From the NCBI GenBank assembly GCA_019358915.1, contig JAHHIM010000036.1:96001-160000 (forward strand): 64,000 nucleotides of DNA, in the 5' to 3' direction. Source of the stretch: Trichormus sp. ATA11-4-KO1 (GTDB lineage: Bacteria; Cyanobacteriota; Cyanobacteriia; Cyanobacteriales; Nostocaceae). The notes under the pieces were generated by a model. The model worked only from the letters and a program-made list of their open reading frames with translations. It did not search any database and had not been told where the DNA came from. Numbering within the stretch: position 1 is the first letter of the stretch; each line of letters starts with the position of its first letter. Below are positions 40,728-51,701 of the stretch, piece by piece. The position numbers and the translations under genes were made by a program.

Positions 40728-40785
40728 CCTTTACTTAAATGAGACATAACCCAGCAATATTATCAAAATTTGTCAAATTAGGTAT

Positions 40786-42024
40786 CTACTGCTGAGTGCA
40801 GATTTCTTTATATAGTTGAGACAGGAAAAAACCTTTAGTTTCCCAACTAAAAACATCTTTTACTCTCTTTTGTCCTGCTTGACCCATACGCAATCTCAAC
40901 TCTGGGTCTTTAACCAAAAATAACATTGCTTTAGCAATACTTTGTACTGCTTCTTCAGGTGTACGTGCCTGAATTTTAAAGCCAGTTTCTTCCGTAACCT
41001 GAACAGATGGACCTCCCAAATCCAAACAAATTACTGGACACCCTGCTGCCATTGCTTCTAAGCAAACCCAACCACCAGAATCATGCAGGCTAGGGTGAAC
41101 TAGCACCGCGCACTCGCTAAGTTTACACAAAGTTTCATTTCTGGATAATCTACCCCAAAATTTAACTTGGTGAGCAACACCAAGTTCTGCGGCAAAAGTC
41201 TTTAATCGTTCCAGTTCAGGCCCGTCTCCCAAAATCCAGTATTCTGTATTTTCAGGTAAATCTGCTGTAGCAAATGCTTGCACTCCCAGATGAAACCCTT
41301 TCCAGTGCAACAATCTGGCCATACTAATAAACCGAATTGGTAAAATATCAGAATTATTATGCTGGGCAAGTTGCTGAATTTCCTCTTTTGATAAACCTGA
41401 CTCAGGAAGAATTTGGACATTTTTTGCACCCATTTGGTGCAGTCGTTGAGCGGTATCTTTTGTTGTTGCCCAAGCTAAAATACTACGCCTAGCAGTCAGG
41501 CGAACAAAGGGGTCGTTTTCCCCAAACAAGCGGGCTAGATTTCGCAGAAATTCATAAATTTTGCCACGCCAGCTAAAATTTTGCCAAAAGGTTTTGGGCG
41601 CTAATTCTCCACCTCCCACAGGACCCCAGATAAAAGGAATCGGTAAAAGTGCAAGAAAACTGGGACTAGAGTATTTAACATAGGTTACATGATGTGAAAT
41701 ATCAAAGCAAATATCTTGATGTAGTGAGCGACTGACAAAATATGCTTTAATTTGCCAGAGATAGTAGTGAAAATAAACCCATTTTTGTGTGTGCTTTCCT
41801 TTTGGACTCCAATCTATAATCCAGCCCCAGGGATCTAGATAAATGAAGTGTAAGTTGGGTATTGGGCTACGTGCAAGTTCAGCTTCAATGCCTGAGCGGT
41901 GGCAATTTGATGTTAAGACCCAGACATGACAATACTTGCTTACTTCCCGGACAACATTCCAGCCTACTCCTGGTTCGGAGCCTTGACCTGGTTCACAGGC
42001 GTATGCAGAAATCAGAATATTCAT
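40786..42024 (-). CDS. GT4 glycosyltransferase
   Basis: SAYACEPGQGSEPGVGW, RLLHWKG, HDSGGWVCLEAM. Confidence 0.92.
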   Translation of the reverse strand: MNILISAYACEPGQGSEPGVGWNVVREVSKYCHVWVLTSNCHRSGIEAELARSPIPNLHFIYLDPWGWIIDWSPKGKHTQKWVYFHYYLWQIKAYFVSRSLHQDICFDISHHVTYVKYSSPSFLALLPIPFIWGPVGGGELAPKTFWQNFSWRGKIYEFLRNLARLFGENDPFVRLTARRSILAWATTKDTAQRLHQMGAKNVQILPESGLSKEEIQQLAQHNNSDILPIRFISMARLLHWKGFHLGVQAFATADLPENTEYWILGDGPELERLKTFAAELGVAHQVKFWGRLSRNETLCKLSECAVLVHPSLHDSGGWVCLEAMAAGCPVICLDLGGPSVQVTEETGFKIQARTPEEAVQSIAKAMLFLVKDPELRLRMGQAGQKRVKDVFSWETKGFFLSQLYKEICTQQ

Positions 42025-42042
42025 AATTTGAAAGCATATTTT

Positions 42043-43338
42043 TTAAGTCAGAATTTCGGGATGAGTTTTATAAATTTTTATTGCTGCTAGACCTACACCA
42101 TACATTGTCCAGAGCCAAATACCACCTGTAGGCCCTTCAATAATTACTTCAAATGTTGTGACTGTCATACAAGCTACCCAATAAGCAAGCAGCGTCAAAA
42201 ATATTCCAGCCCATTTTGTTTGTCCTTTTGCTCTGCATTGCAAATACTTGGCTAGTATGGTTCCAGCCCAACTTAATTGAACCAGTAGCCACAGAACGAG
42301 GCCAGGAACACCAGTACGACCCAGAACTGTTATGTGCCCATTGTGCGGACTACGAACTATACCACCACCTATAGGATCAAAGCCGATTCCAGCACCCAAA
42401 TTGAAACCAAATCCTCTACCCGTCCAAAAGTAATCTCCAAAAATAGTAGTGTCGATTATGTATGTCCACCATTCTAAACGATACTCTTTTGAACCCTGTC
42501 TTTCTTGGTTATCAACAAAAATACTATTTATTCTTACAAACAAAGGTTCAAATATTTCTGGATTTATTATAAATAATACTAAAATTACAAATATTAAAAT
42601 TGTTAATATCTTCCAAATTTTACTATTTTTATACTTAGTAAAGCTGATAAAAGAAAAAGCATTTAAAAATGCCAAAATTCCTGATCTATTTGAACTAGTA
42701 CCAACCACAGCTAAATTTATTAGAAATACTAATATAAAAAATGCAGTTTGCAATCTCAATAAATTTGAGCCAATAAAAAATGCAGTAATTGTAGACAAGT
42801 GAGTCATTGTGTCAGCTGGTTTAAGAGTAATTATCTCAACAGCCGAACCAGGTACACGTGGTAATGATATTGTTCTTGATATTAACCAAATGAATGGCAT
42901 GAGAATAATAAAAATTCTGCTAAAACGTTCATATTGGTTAATTATAAAAGTAAAACGATGTGGTTTACCAACTAATAATGCAGCAATTATCAGGGCAAAA
43001 GAACAGTAATACCACAAAGCAGCATCACGTATTGAGTCTAAGCCATATTGAGGAAAATAGGGTATGGTGTTGATGCAACACCATAGCATAAATATTATTA
43101 GAAACCAGGTTTGAGGTAGTTTGAGTATTTTGGGAATGGATTTATTAATACTTAAAGTTATCAATCCAAATAATAGAGTAATTTCACCAATGTAAGCAGG
43201 AGGAATACCCCAGTAAGAAAAACCTCTACCACAAAGGGCATAACCTAGAAGAACCCAGCTATGCCAGGTTAAAAATTTATCGGCAAGTGCAAATTTTTTT
43301 CCAGATTTATTCGCTGAAACACTTGTCTCTCCTAGCAT
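42043..43338 (-). CDS. O-antigen ligase / Wzy-like polymerase
   Basis: About 11 TM segments; NRSG, R..WW, TGRGFG, RSPHNG..G..G. Confidence 0.8.
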   Translation of the reverse strand: MLGETSVSANKSGKKFALADKFLTWHSWVLLGYALCGRGFSYWGIPPAYIGEITLLFGLITLSINKSIPKILKLPQTWFLIIFMLWCCINTIPYFPQYGLDSIRDAALWYYCSFALIIAALLVGKPHRFTFIINQYERFSRIFIILMPFIWLISRTISLPRVPGSAVEIITLKPADTMTHLSTITAFFIGSNLLRLQTAFFILVFLINLAVVGTSSNRSGILAFLNAFSFISFTKYKNSKIWKILTILIFVILVLFIINPEIFEPLFVRINSIFVDNQERQGSKEYRLEWWTYIIDTTIFGDYFWTGRGFGFNLGAGIGFDPIGGGIVRSPHNGHITVLGRTGVPGLVLWLLVQLSWAGTILAKYLQCRAKGQTKWAGIFLTLLAYWVACMTVTTFEVIIEGPTGGIWLWTMYGVGLAAIKIYKTHPEILT

Positions 43339-43532
43339 CTTATTTTCTACCTGCTATAATTGGTTGTGAAATTTATTTAAGTAATTACGCTTTTGCCATT
43401 GAAACAAAGGGTAGAAACAAATAGCAATCTTAAATCATTATTCGTAGTGATTGATTTAGTGTTTAAGCTCAGGTTTAAAGCCTTTATCAGATACTTGGTT
43501 TTAATTTTATTTTGGCTGTTATTGACCTTAAT

Positions 43533-44711
43533 TTAAATTTTTGAGAACTTGCGACTAGAAACCAGTTCGTAAATTTCCATTATTCGGTGGTAGTTTTGCT
43601 GCGCTGTGTATTTGGCTATAAACTCAGCTCGTGCTTCTTGGCGCATCTGAGCAAGCATAATTGGATTTGCTATAGCCCACTGTACCTTAGATGCAAGATC
43701 CTCTGGGTCACCAGGAGAGAAATGTAAGCCTGTTCGACCAGATTCTATTAATTCTGCGATCGCTCCAATATTAGCAGCAATTACAGGGGTACCTTTGGCA
43801 AAAGCTTCAACTGCTACCCGACCAAAGGTTTCGTACCATTTGGAGGGGAAGATTAAAAACATTGCTTCCCCCATCAATTGATGTACTTCTGACATCGGTC
43901 TACGTCCTAGCCATTCCACCTTAGGCAATTTTTTTGCTGATTCCACTACCTCAGAAGCCAAGGGACCATCACCGACAATCTTTAAAGGGATTTTCCCTTC
44001 TAAAAGTTGCCAAGCAGCAAGCAGGGTATCTAATCCCTTTTCAGTAGAAAGTCTGCCTACAAAAAGGGCATAGCCACCAGAACCGCCACCGATACCAGGA
44101 TCTGGATGCACAAAGTTAGGCTTAACTACAATTTTTTCTGCGGGCAAACCACCTGCAATAAATTTTTGGCGTGCAAACTCAGTTAAACAAATGTAAACAT
44201 CTACCATTTCGCTCCATGTACGCATGGCACGATGCAAGGTTAACATTGTTGCTACAGCAACAGTTGCTGGGCGATTTTCGCGGTAGCAGCTATGTAAAAC
44301 TCCAGGATAGGGAACAAACTTCCCCAGACAATCTTCACAGACTTGCCCATCACGGAAAAATAAGCCATTAGGACAAAGGAGTCGGTAATTCCTTAGTGTC
44401 TGGACTACGGGTACACCTTCTGATTTGGCTGCGTAGTAAACAGATGGGGAAATCAGGGGGAAAAAATTTTGGATATGGACTAAATCGCAGTCAGACTGCC
44501 TAAGTTTTTTTTTAACTATGTTGTAAGACTCTGTTGACCAAACGGTTCTAAGTGCCATTGGTACAGCGCCAATAGCTGCTACCCGATCATTGTGTTCTTG
44601 GTAGACATCAACTTCATGACCCATTTCCCGTAATAGGCGTTCCTCTGACTCGCGGGATTCATCCTCCCCGCCACGAATTTGATAGTTGTTATGAACACTT
44701 AGGATTCGCAT
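43533..44711 (-). CDS. GT4 glycosyltransferase (paralog of 39405-40583)
   Basis: GGED, NYRLLCP, GRLSTEKG, WYETFGRVAVEAFA. Confidence 0.92.
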   Translation of the reverse strand: MRILSVHNNYQIRGGEDESRESEERLLREMGHEVDVYQEHNDRVAAIGAVPMALRTVWSTESYNIVKKKLRQSDCDLVHIQNFFPLISPSVYYAAKSEGVPVVQTLRNYRLLCPNGLFFRDGQVCEDCLGKFVPYPGVLHSCYRENRPATVAVATMLTLHRAMRTWSEMVDVYICLTEFARQKFIAGGLPAEKIVVKPNFVHPDPGIGGGSGGYALFVGRLSTEKGLDTLLAAWQLLEGKIPLKIVGDGPLASEVVESAKKLPKVEWLGRRPMSEVHQLMGEAMFLIFPSKWYETFGRVAVEAFAKGTPVIAANIGAIAELIESGRTGLHFSPGDPEDLASKVQWAIANPIMLAQMRQEARAEFIAKYTAQQNYHRIMEIYELVSSRKFSKI

Positions 44712-44725
44712 AGCTCTTGTTAGTG

Positions 44726-45169
44726 TTAGGACTTACGCAACTGGCACAAACAATGGGTGGTACGGGATTGGATAAGAGCAGAATATAACTCAAACTAATG
44801 TCATACGAATATCCGGCGTTTGAGTTGCTGAGCCAATAAGAATTAATTGCATCATGACTGATACTTTTCAAATGCTCTGCTAAATTAGTAATGGTATAAT
44901 TGACTTGACTGCTAAGTAAATACTGGCAATAATCTAATTTAGTGAATTTCATACTCAATAACCAGTCAGCGATTAATATCTATTAATTATTTTCCCAGAT
45001 CAAGCAAAATCCGTCTATTTTTAGAATTTATTATTTTTGGATATCAAAGTCTATTTTTACAGTTGTAACATTTGTTTTTTACCTAATTTTAGCTTTTTAA
45101 ACTAGTTTGATTATCGATGGTACGGCTACGCCGTACCGAGACTCATTGTGCCAGTTGCGTAAGTCCTAA
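44726..45169 (-). mobile_element. Internally deleted IS701-like element
   Basis: Perfect 24-bp inverted ends TTAGGACTTACGCAACTGGCACAA; transposase-like N-terminus MKFTKLDYCQYLLSSQVNYT..SHDAIN. Confidence 0.85.
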
Positions 45170-45177
45170 GTGTGTCT

Positions 45178-46431
45178 TTAAGCTAAAGCTTTACCACTGT
45201 AATCATTATCATGAATAATTGTTTCATAGAGCTGTGTTAAAGATTTAGCCTTCATATCCCAGTTAAAGAATTGAGCAACTCGCTTTTGTCCTACCTGACC
45301 CATCCTCACTCGTAATTCTGAGTCCTTAGCTAAACAAGCCATAACCTCAGCTAGGTCATGTATTGCTTGGGTGGGGGTGTTAGCCGGAACTTTGAAGCCT
45401 GTTTCTTCTGTGACCTGAACGGCTGGACCACCTAAATCTAAGCAAATCACTGGACGGCCTGCTGCCATTGCTTCTAAACAGACAAATCCTCCCGATTCAT
45501 GTAAACTTGGATGTACTAATACATGGCAGTTTCCTATCTTGCTTAAGGTCTGTTCCCTTGACAAATTACCCCAAAATTTAACTTGTTGAGCAATACCTAA
45601 TTGTTGAGCAATCATTTCCAGGCGTTGCTTCTCCAATCCCTCTCCTACAATCCAATACTCACAATCAGGGAGGTTGGCTTGAGCAAATGCCTTTAATCCC
45701 AAGTCAAATCCTTTCCAATGTAACAGTCTACCTACGCTGATAAACCTGAGAGGAAGATTGTCGGATATTGTGTAATTGGCGAGTTTGGCTAATTCTTCCT
45801 GCGATATCCCTAACTGAGAACATACCTGAACATTTTTAGCTCCTATCTTATGTAACCTTTGACTTGTATCATTGGTTGTCCCCCAAGCTAAGATACTGCG
45901 CCGCGCAGTCATACGAACAAAAGGGTCTTTTTCTCCAAGCCAACGCAACAAATTTCGTGCATACTCGTAAATTTTGCCACGAAGACTAAAATCCTCCCAA
46001 AATGCTTTTGGGGCAGACTCCCCACCTCCAACAGGACCCCAGATGAAGGGTATTGGTAGGAGTGAAAGAAAACTTGGTGATGAATACCTGACATAAGTTA
46101 TGTGATGTGCTAAATCAAAGCTGATATTACTGTGCAACTTGCGAGCAACCAAATAGGCTTTAATTTGCCAAATATAGTTGTGAAGATGTACTCCCCCAAT
46201 ACCTCGTTTCCACCATTTAGATCCGGGTAAGTCAACATACACAAATTTTATTTTAGATATGTAGTTATTATTTGTTAACTCAGCCTCAATAGATGTGCGA
46301 TTATCTTCTCGAGTCAGTACCCATACTTGATGATATTTAGCCAGTGCTTGAACTGTATTCCAACCTACTCCAGGTTCGGAACCCATATTCGGTCTACAGG
46401 AATAAGCAGACACTAAAATTTTTAAAGACAT
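45178..46431 (-). CDS. GT4 glycosyltransferase (paralog of 40786-42024)
   Basis: SAYSCRPNMGSEPGVGW, RLLHWKG, HESGGFVCLEAM. Confidence 0.92.
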   Translation of the reverse strand: MSLKILVSAYSCRPNMGSEPGVGWNTVQALAKYHQVWVLTREDNRTSIEAELTNNNYISKIKFVYVDLPGSKWWKRGIGGVHLHNYIWQIKAYLVARKLHSNISFDLAHHITYVRYSSPSFLSLLPIPFIWGPVGGGESAPKAFWEDFSLRGKIYEYARNLLRWLGEKDPFVRMTARRSILAWGTTNDTSQRLHKIGAKNVQVCSQLGISQEELAKLANYTISDNLPLRFISVGRLLHWKGFDLGLKAFAQANLPDCEYWIVGEGLEKQRLEMIAQQLGIAQQVKFWGNLSREQTLSKIGNCHVLVHPSLHESGGFVCLEAMAAGRPVICLDLGGPAVQVTEETGFKVPANTPTQAIHDLAEVMACLAKDSELRVRMGQVGQKRVAQFFNWDMKAKSLTQLYETIIHDNDYSGKALA

Positions 46432-46512
46432 TATTATCTAATCCATTACTATACTGAATTTCAACCAAAGTCTTGGGAAAATTTGATGCCTTGCGAACAA
46501 AAGGTATTGTTT

Positions 46513-47655
46513 TTAAACTTCATTTTCTAACACTGCTTCATAGATACCTTCCAAAATTTTGATTTGCTTAAAGTTATCAAAATTTTTTCGCATATTTTCC
46601 CGTCCTTTTAAGCTGAAGTATTGCCACTGTTCAGAGTTTTTCAATAACTGCAAAGCATATTCTGCAAGCGCTTGTGAATCTCTTTCGGTTGCCAAGAAAC
46701 CAGTTGTTCCATGAATAACTGCTTCTGGGATACCTGCATGAACTGTACTAATTACAGGGAGTCCCATAGCTTGAGCCTCAACAACAACTGTAGGCAATCC
46801 CTCCGAATCTCCTTCGATAGCAGTGACACTTGGTGCTGCAAGTAATTGAGCGCGATTCATCCAACTTTTAACAACATCTGAAGGCTGAAGTCCCAGAAAT
46901 TGATAGCGATAAAGCATTTTTGTTGCTTGTGCTTCTAAGTCTAACCGCAGAGGACCATCACCAATAATTACTAGTTTTACATTAGGAAGAACTGACTGCA
47001 CTTTAGCCATTGCCTTAATCAGGTATTCACACCCTTTCTTTTCTGTCAATCTCCCAACAAAAAGCACCACTGGCTCTCGTGGTACTGCTGGATCTGGTTG
47101 AAATTTATTAATATCTATCCCATCATAATGCGTAATAACTTTATTACTGGGAAACCCCTGTTCTAATAGTTTTGCTTTGATAAAATCAGAGACGGCAATA
47201 AACAACTGCGCTTCACGCTTAAGTGTTTCACGGCGGCGATAGTAAATCCAGTGGTTAAAGGAGGAATAGCGGGCGTACTCTTCTTTAACAGTGGCATCAG
47301 CACCTCGAAAGTGAACTAATAAAGGAATATTGAGGTTTTGTGCCAAAGGAAGTGCTAGCACCCCACTTAGCCCAAACTGGGCATTGATTAAAACGGGATT
47401 CACATGCTGAACTTGTCGATATAATTTAGGAGCAAATCCTGCAAGTTTGAATAACCCTTCTACTGATTGACCTAAAAACCCTCCTTGATTAACAACTAGA
47501 GTGCGTTCTGGAGGTAAGGTTAATCCTTTTACTAAACGTGAGCCTACGTAGTAAGGAGTAAAGTGTTGCAATTGTTCGCCCAACAAATCGCGAACAAAGG
47601 TTTGAGAAGGAGGAAGCAGTAAACTACTAAATATAACTATATTGGGTTTGACCAT
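46513..47655 (-). CDS. GT4 glycosyltransferase (WcaL/AmsK-like)
   Basis: GRLTEKKG, GDSEGLPTVVVEAQA, HAGIPE. Confidence 0.9.
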   Translation of the reverse strand: MVKPNIVIFSSLLLPPSQTFVRDLLGEQLQHFTPYYVGSRLVKGLTLPPERTLVVNQGGFLGQSVEGLFKLAGFAPKLYRQVQHVNPVLINAQFGLSGVLALPLAQNLNIPLLVHFRGADATVKEEYARYSSFNHWIYYRRRETLKREAQLFIAVSDFIKAKLLEQGFPSNKVITHYDGIDINKFQPDPAVPREPVVLFVGRLTEKKGCEYLIKAMAKVQSVLPNVKLVIIGDGPLRLDLEAQATKMLYRYQFLGLQPSDVVKSWMNRAQLLAAPSVTAIEGDSEGLPTVVVEAQAMGLPVISTVHAGIPEAVIHGTTGFLATERDSQALAEYALQLLKNSEQWQYFSLKGRENMRKNFDNFKQIKILEGIYEAVLENEV

Positions 47656-47714
47656 GCCCTGGCTTTTACTCCTGTGACATATAGCAATTTAATTTCAACA
47701 TAATAATTGAACAT

Positions 47715-49055
47715 TTACAATTGTACTCCGTTAAATTCATCCCATGCTTTTTTAACTTTTTTACCTGATTCTAAAGCACGATTTCTTTCAGCAAGAACTT
47801 TCAGAAAGAGAGCAGAACTTATTTCAGGTAATTTTATCAAAAAATCATCTAATGAAGTTATTATAACTTCTTTATTTATTGTTTCAATATCTTGTACCCA
47901 TTCATCCATACCCAGTCTTCTAAATAATTCTTTTGTCTTAAATTCATAGGCAATAGGAAATACAGGAGTACCAGCTATCAAAGACAAGATGGCCATGTGC
48001 ATTCTTGTTGCTATAACTACATCATAATTTCTAATTATTCCTACTAGTTTTTTTGGAGAGTGAAAATCTTTATTCAAGTGAACTTGTTTTTGAATTTGAT
48101 TAGGAAGCAAATTAATAATTTCTTCAGCTACTTTTGAATCGTCAGTCCAATATTCAGGAATACCCTGGCAAGTAGAAATATATGTAATTTCAGCATTATA
48201 TTTCTCAATTAAATATTGAGTAACTTCACTCATGACTTCTACAAAATTTGTGAATCCATCTTTTTGACTAACTTTTGTGAAGTGATTCCAGTACCTCACC
48301 GAAATTGCTATTTTTACTCGCGAACTACTTACATTTTTTTTATAAATATCTTTGTGAAATCCCACATCATCGGTAAATGAAAATACTACATCTGAGCTAA
48401 TTAGCACTTTGTTCAGGTTAGCATTTATTTGTTTAAGATTATCATAAGATGCTTCATCCCGCAGCATAACAAGAGTAGACTTATTAAATATTTTTCTGAA
48501 TATATTTTGGTTTTTTATTTTATTAAATGGACCTAATGACTGGGTAAAAAACACTAGTGGTCGTCTCAGCATTAGTGTCATTTTATAATCGAATATCCTA
48601 GCTTTAAGTGAATATTTTTCTATTAGATATGTTCCACCTGTACTTACTACTAAATCAGCAGAACTGTAGTTTTTAAAATCTTGTATTTCTTCGCTATTTA
48701 ATAGAAATTTAACAGCAAAGTAGTTCTGATTTCTCCAGAGCCATACTGCTAAATATAGTCGAATAGGATTAATCATTAATATTATTTTTATAAAAATAAC
48801 CAAGAAATTTCTTACAGTAGATCCAAATAGAGACTTTCCTAAAAAATTCATAGAGGGAGGCTGTGTCGCTTTCAAATATACCAGTTTGCGAAATAATAAA
48901 TTAGAATAATATTTACTGGCTATTTCTGGCTGACTATCATAAATAATAATTTCTGTATCTTGACCAAATTCGAGACGAAGTAAGTCAACAATTGAAAAAA
49001 GAATAGCCGCGTCTCCACCATTCAAAGCGACAGTATTAGTGATAATTATTTTCAT
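47715..49055 (-). CDS. Polysaccharide pyruvyltransferase (WcaK/AmsJ-like)
   Basis: NGGDAAI, STGG, QSLGPF, LRDEAS, TRMH. Confidence 0.88.
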   Translation of the reverse strand: MKIIITNTVALNGGDAAILFSIVDLLRLEFGQDTEIIIYDSQPEIASKYYSNLLFRKLVYLKATQPPSMNFLGKSLFGSTVRNFLVIFIKIILMINPIRLYLAVWLWRNQNYFAVKFLLNSEEIQDFKNYSSADLVVSTGGTYLIEKYSLKARIFDYKMTLMLRRPLVFFTQSLGPFNKIKNQNIFRKIFNKSTLVMLRDEASYDNLKQINANLNKVLISSDVVFSFTDDVGFHKDIYKKNVSSSRVKIAISVRYWNHFTKVSQKDGFTNFVEVMSEVTQYLIEKYNAEITYISTCQGIPEYWTDDSKVAEEIINLLPNQIQKQVHLNKDFHSPKKLVGIIRNYDVVIATRMHMAILSLIAGTPVFPIAYEFKTKELFRRLGMDEWVQDIETINKEVIITSLDDFLIKLPEISSALFLKVLAERNRALESGKKVKKAWDEFNGVQL

Positions 49056-49417
49056 GATTTTTAACTGATTTCTAAGATAGAGTTGAATTCTTTGACAAAA
49101 TAAAATTTTGTTTTTAAATATGCAAAATTACAAGAATTTTGTAGTGTTTTTTATTGCTAGCAACTTTTGCATCCATATTAGTCTATTTTTTTGACCTATT
49201 GTCAGCTTAATCTACCCATAATGTAAATATAAAAGGGGCTAAATTCTTAAATCCTTCTTCTTTAATTGTATTTCAAGCTACTTTTGGAACTACATTTAAT
49301 TTAGTTTACAAGCATAGGGCAATACTAAAACTTTTAGTCTATTTTAATTTACTAATTTATGATGCCCATATGGGACACAGCACAGAAAACATTTTTGATA
49401 ATTAATGCTAAGAAAAA

Positions 49418-50566
49418 TTAGAACAATAGTTTTTTATACTCCTCTAAAGTAAAAGATGCAATTTTTTCCCACTGGAGATTGTCGAGCACATAATGCCTTC
49501 CTGCCAAACCCATTTCTTTCCACTCTGAACGGCGTTGAAGTAATTTTCCAATACCTGACTTAACATCTGATATGTTTGATGCAACTACAACACCACAACC
49601 GCTAGCTTCAACATGAGGTGCAATGCCTGCAATTTCCGAAACCAATAAGACCCGACCTGCTAGCATAGCTTCTACAGCAGCTAAACTAAAGCCTTCAAAA
49701 CGTGAGGGAATACAAAATACATCATGACTTTGTATAAGGAAAGAAGGAGATTTATCGAAATCAGGATTAAGAAATGAAACTTTTTTGTCAAGGTTTAGTT
49801 TTGCTACTTGTGCTTGTAAAGTCTGCTTATCTCCCCAATCTGGACCCTGTATTGTCAGATGAATATTTTCCTTTTCAGCAATTTGAGAAAAAGCATCTAT
49901 GAGGATATCTAATCCTTTATTATATGAATCTATACGGCCTAAGAAAAACAATTTGGCATTATCATTTTTTTGCCATTGCAGTGATGACTCCGGATAAACA
50001 TCTTTTGCAGAAAAACCATTATATACGGTTAAAACAGGAGTATTAACTTGCCGTTGATGTAGAAATTTAGCATGTCGAGAGTCCAGAACCTGAATAGCCT
50101 TTGCTTGCTTCAACATTTTTCGCTCAAAAAGGTACCAGTATGGTAACTTCAAATGAGCATTTTTACTAAAGATAGCAGGACTATAAGGATCATGTGGTGC
50201 GACAATATATGGCACTCCATACTTTTTTAGTATGCGAGACATGGAGTATACACCTGCATGAAAGATGCCATTCAGAATTACAAGGCTTTTGTCATCTAAA
50301 TAATCGCGAATGTAGTTTTGCAAATCAAATGCAATATTGAATTTTCGTGGGTTCATATTTGAGCTACCAAAAGCTATAATTTCATAGCCAGATTGGGTTT
50401 CATACAAACCTTGCTTCGATGAGTGTGTTTCACATAGGACTTTTACTCTAGCTCCGCAGTTGACTAACCCTGAAGCCAATCCATGTACAGCCTTAATTGT
50501 TCCCTGTGGTAGCATTACTTTATCACCCAATGGTGGAAAGTTTTTTAGATAAAAATAAATATTCAT
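49418..50566 (-). CDS. GT4 glycosyltransferase
   Basis: GRIDSYNKG, SRFEGFSLAAVEAM. Confidence 0.9.
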   Translation of the reverse strand: MNIYFYLKNFPPLGDKVMLPQGTIKAVHGLASGLVNCGARVKVLCETHSSKQGLYETQSGYEIIAFGSSNMNPRKFNIAFDLQNYIRDYLDDKSLVILNGIFHAGVYSMSRILKKYGVPYIVAPHDPYSPAIFSKNAHLKLPYWYLFERKMLKQAKAIQVLDSRHAKFLHQRQVNTPVLTVYNGFSAKDVYPESSLQWQKNDNAKLFFLGRIDSYNKGLDILIDAFSQIAEKENIHLTIQGPDWGDKQTLQAQVAKLNLDKKVSFLNPDFDKSPSFLIQSHDVFCIPSRFEGFSLAAVEAMLAGRVLLVSEIAGIAPHVEASGCGVVVASNISDVKSGIGKLLQRRSEWKEMGLAGRHYVLDNLQWEKIASFTLEEYKKLLF

Positions 50567-50777
50567 AGCTTACCATTGAAGAGATTTTGATATTTAAACT
50601 TAACCTATTCTTAATTTGAATTAAGTCTTGAAACAATCGCAATTTCGCAATTAGTTCCAAAATAATATTTTTGGACGAGTTCGGAAACCCTTGTAGTACA
50701 ACAAGCATTTACATGTTATGTAATAAAATGTAACTTGCATTTAAACGTGTAATATGATTACTTACTACATATCTTAC

Positions 50778-51641
50778 TCAAGCCAAACCTAACCACCCTT
50801 GCATCCTACCTTGAAATGTAAACCAATAAGATCGAACTTTATCTAAACGACCTTGTAAAAGTGATATTGCTATTCCCATCAATGGGCGAACCCAATTATA
50901 AATCACGAACCACAAGGGAGCTTTATGTTTACGAAGAACGCGACCTCTACCCATTGCGTAAGCATAAGTTTTGGAATAGGTTGCATTTTTGCTGGCTTTA
51001 ATAAGTTGGATAGGTTCTGATGGTGTTAACTTGATTGGATGAATTACAGTTATCGAGGGTTCGTAATATAAGCCAGTGTTAATTGCACGCAACAAGTAAT
51101 CAGTTTCCTCAGCGGAACCCCAAGGTGTATTTGCTCCAACTCCTAAACTTTCATCAAATTTACCTACCTGCATTACAGTAGCTCGGCGAAGAAATATAGT
51201 ATACGAAATACCCCTTCGCCACACATTAAATTGGTTAATTAATCCAGGTGGACTGCCAAGATGTCTACCAGAGTCTCTACCTTGCTCATCAATAGAACTT
51301 CCTGTTAAACCATTTAACTCGGGATGATTAATAAAAAAACTCGCTACACGCTCAAGAATATCTGGTGGATAAGCGCAATCATCATCAGGGAAAGCCACAA
51401 TATCACCATTAATCTGCTCCAAAGCAACATTACGAGCGCGGGAAAGCCCTGGGGCTGAACGCAGGTGTATGATGGGATATCTATGCTGATAAATCTGGAT
51501 AAATTTTACAAGGCGGTCATCTGGATTTTGATCTACAACAATCAAATCAAAGCTACGATAAGTTTGACAATCTAAAATTTTTAAAAAATTTTCAACCTCA
51601 GCAGTACGATTTAAAGTTGCTAGAATTAGGGAAAACTTCAT
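50778..51641 (-). CDS. GT2 glycosyltransferase
   Basis: IVVDQ, GLSRARN, AFPDDD, FDESLG..EETD. Confidence 0.9.
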   Translation of the reverse strand: MKFSLILATLNRTAEVENFLKILDCQTYRSFDLIVVDQNPDDRLVKFIQIYQHRYPIIHLRSAPGLSRARNVALEQINGDIVAFPDDDCAYPPDILERVASFFINHPELNGLTGSSIDEQGRDSGRHLGSPPGLINQFNVWRRGISYTIFLRRATVMQVGKFDESLGVGANTPWGSAEETDYLLRAINTGLYYEPSITVIHPIKLTPSEPIQLIKASKNATYSKTYAYAMGRGRVLRKHKAPLWFVIYNWVRPLMGIAISLLQGRLDKVRSYWFTFQGRMQGWLGLA

Positions 51642-51701
51642 GATTTTACTTCCTATTAATTAGTTACAAGTGCTACCACTTTCAGGTTTATGGTAAAGCT
51701 G

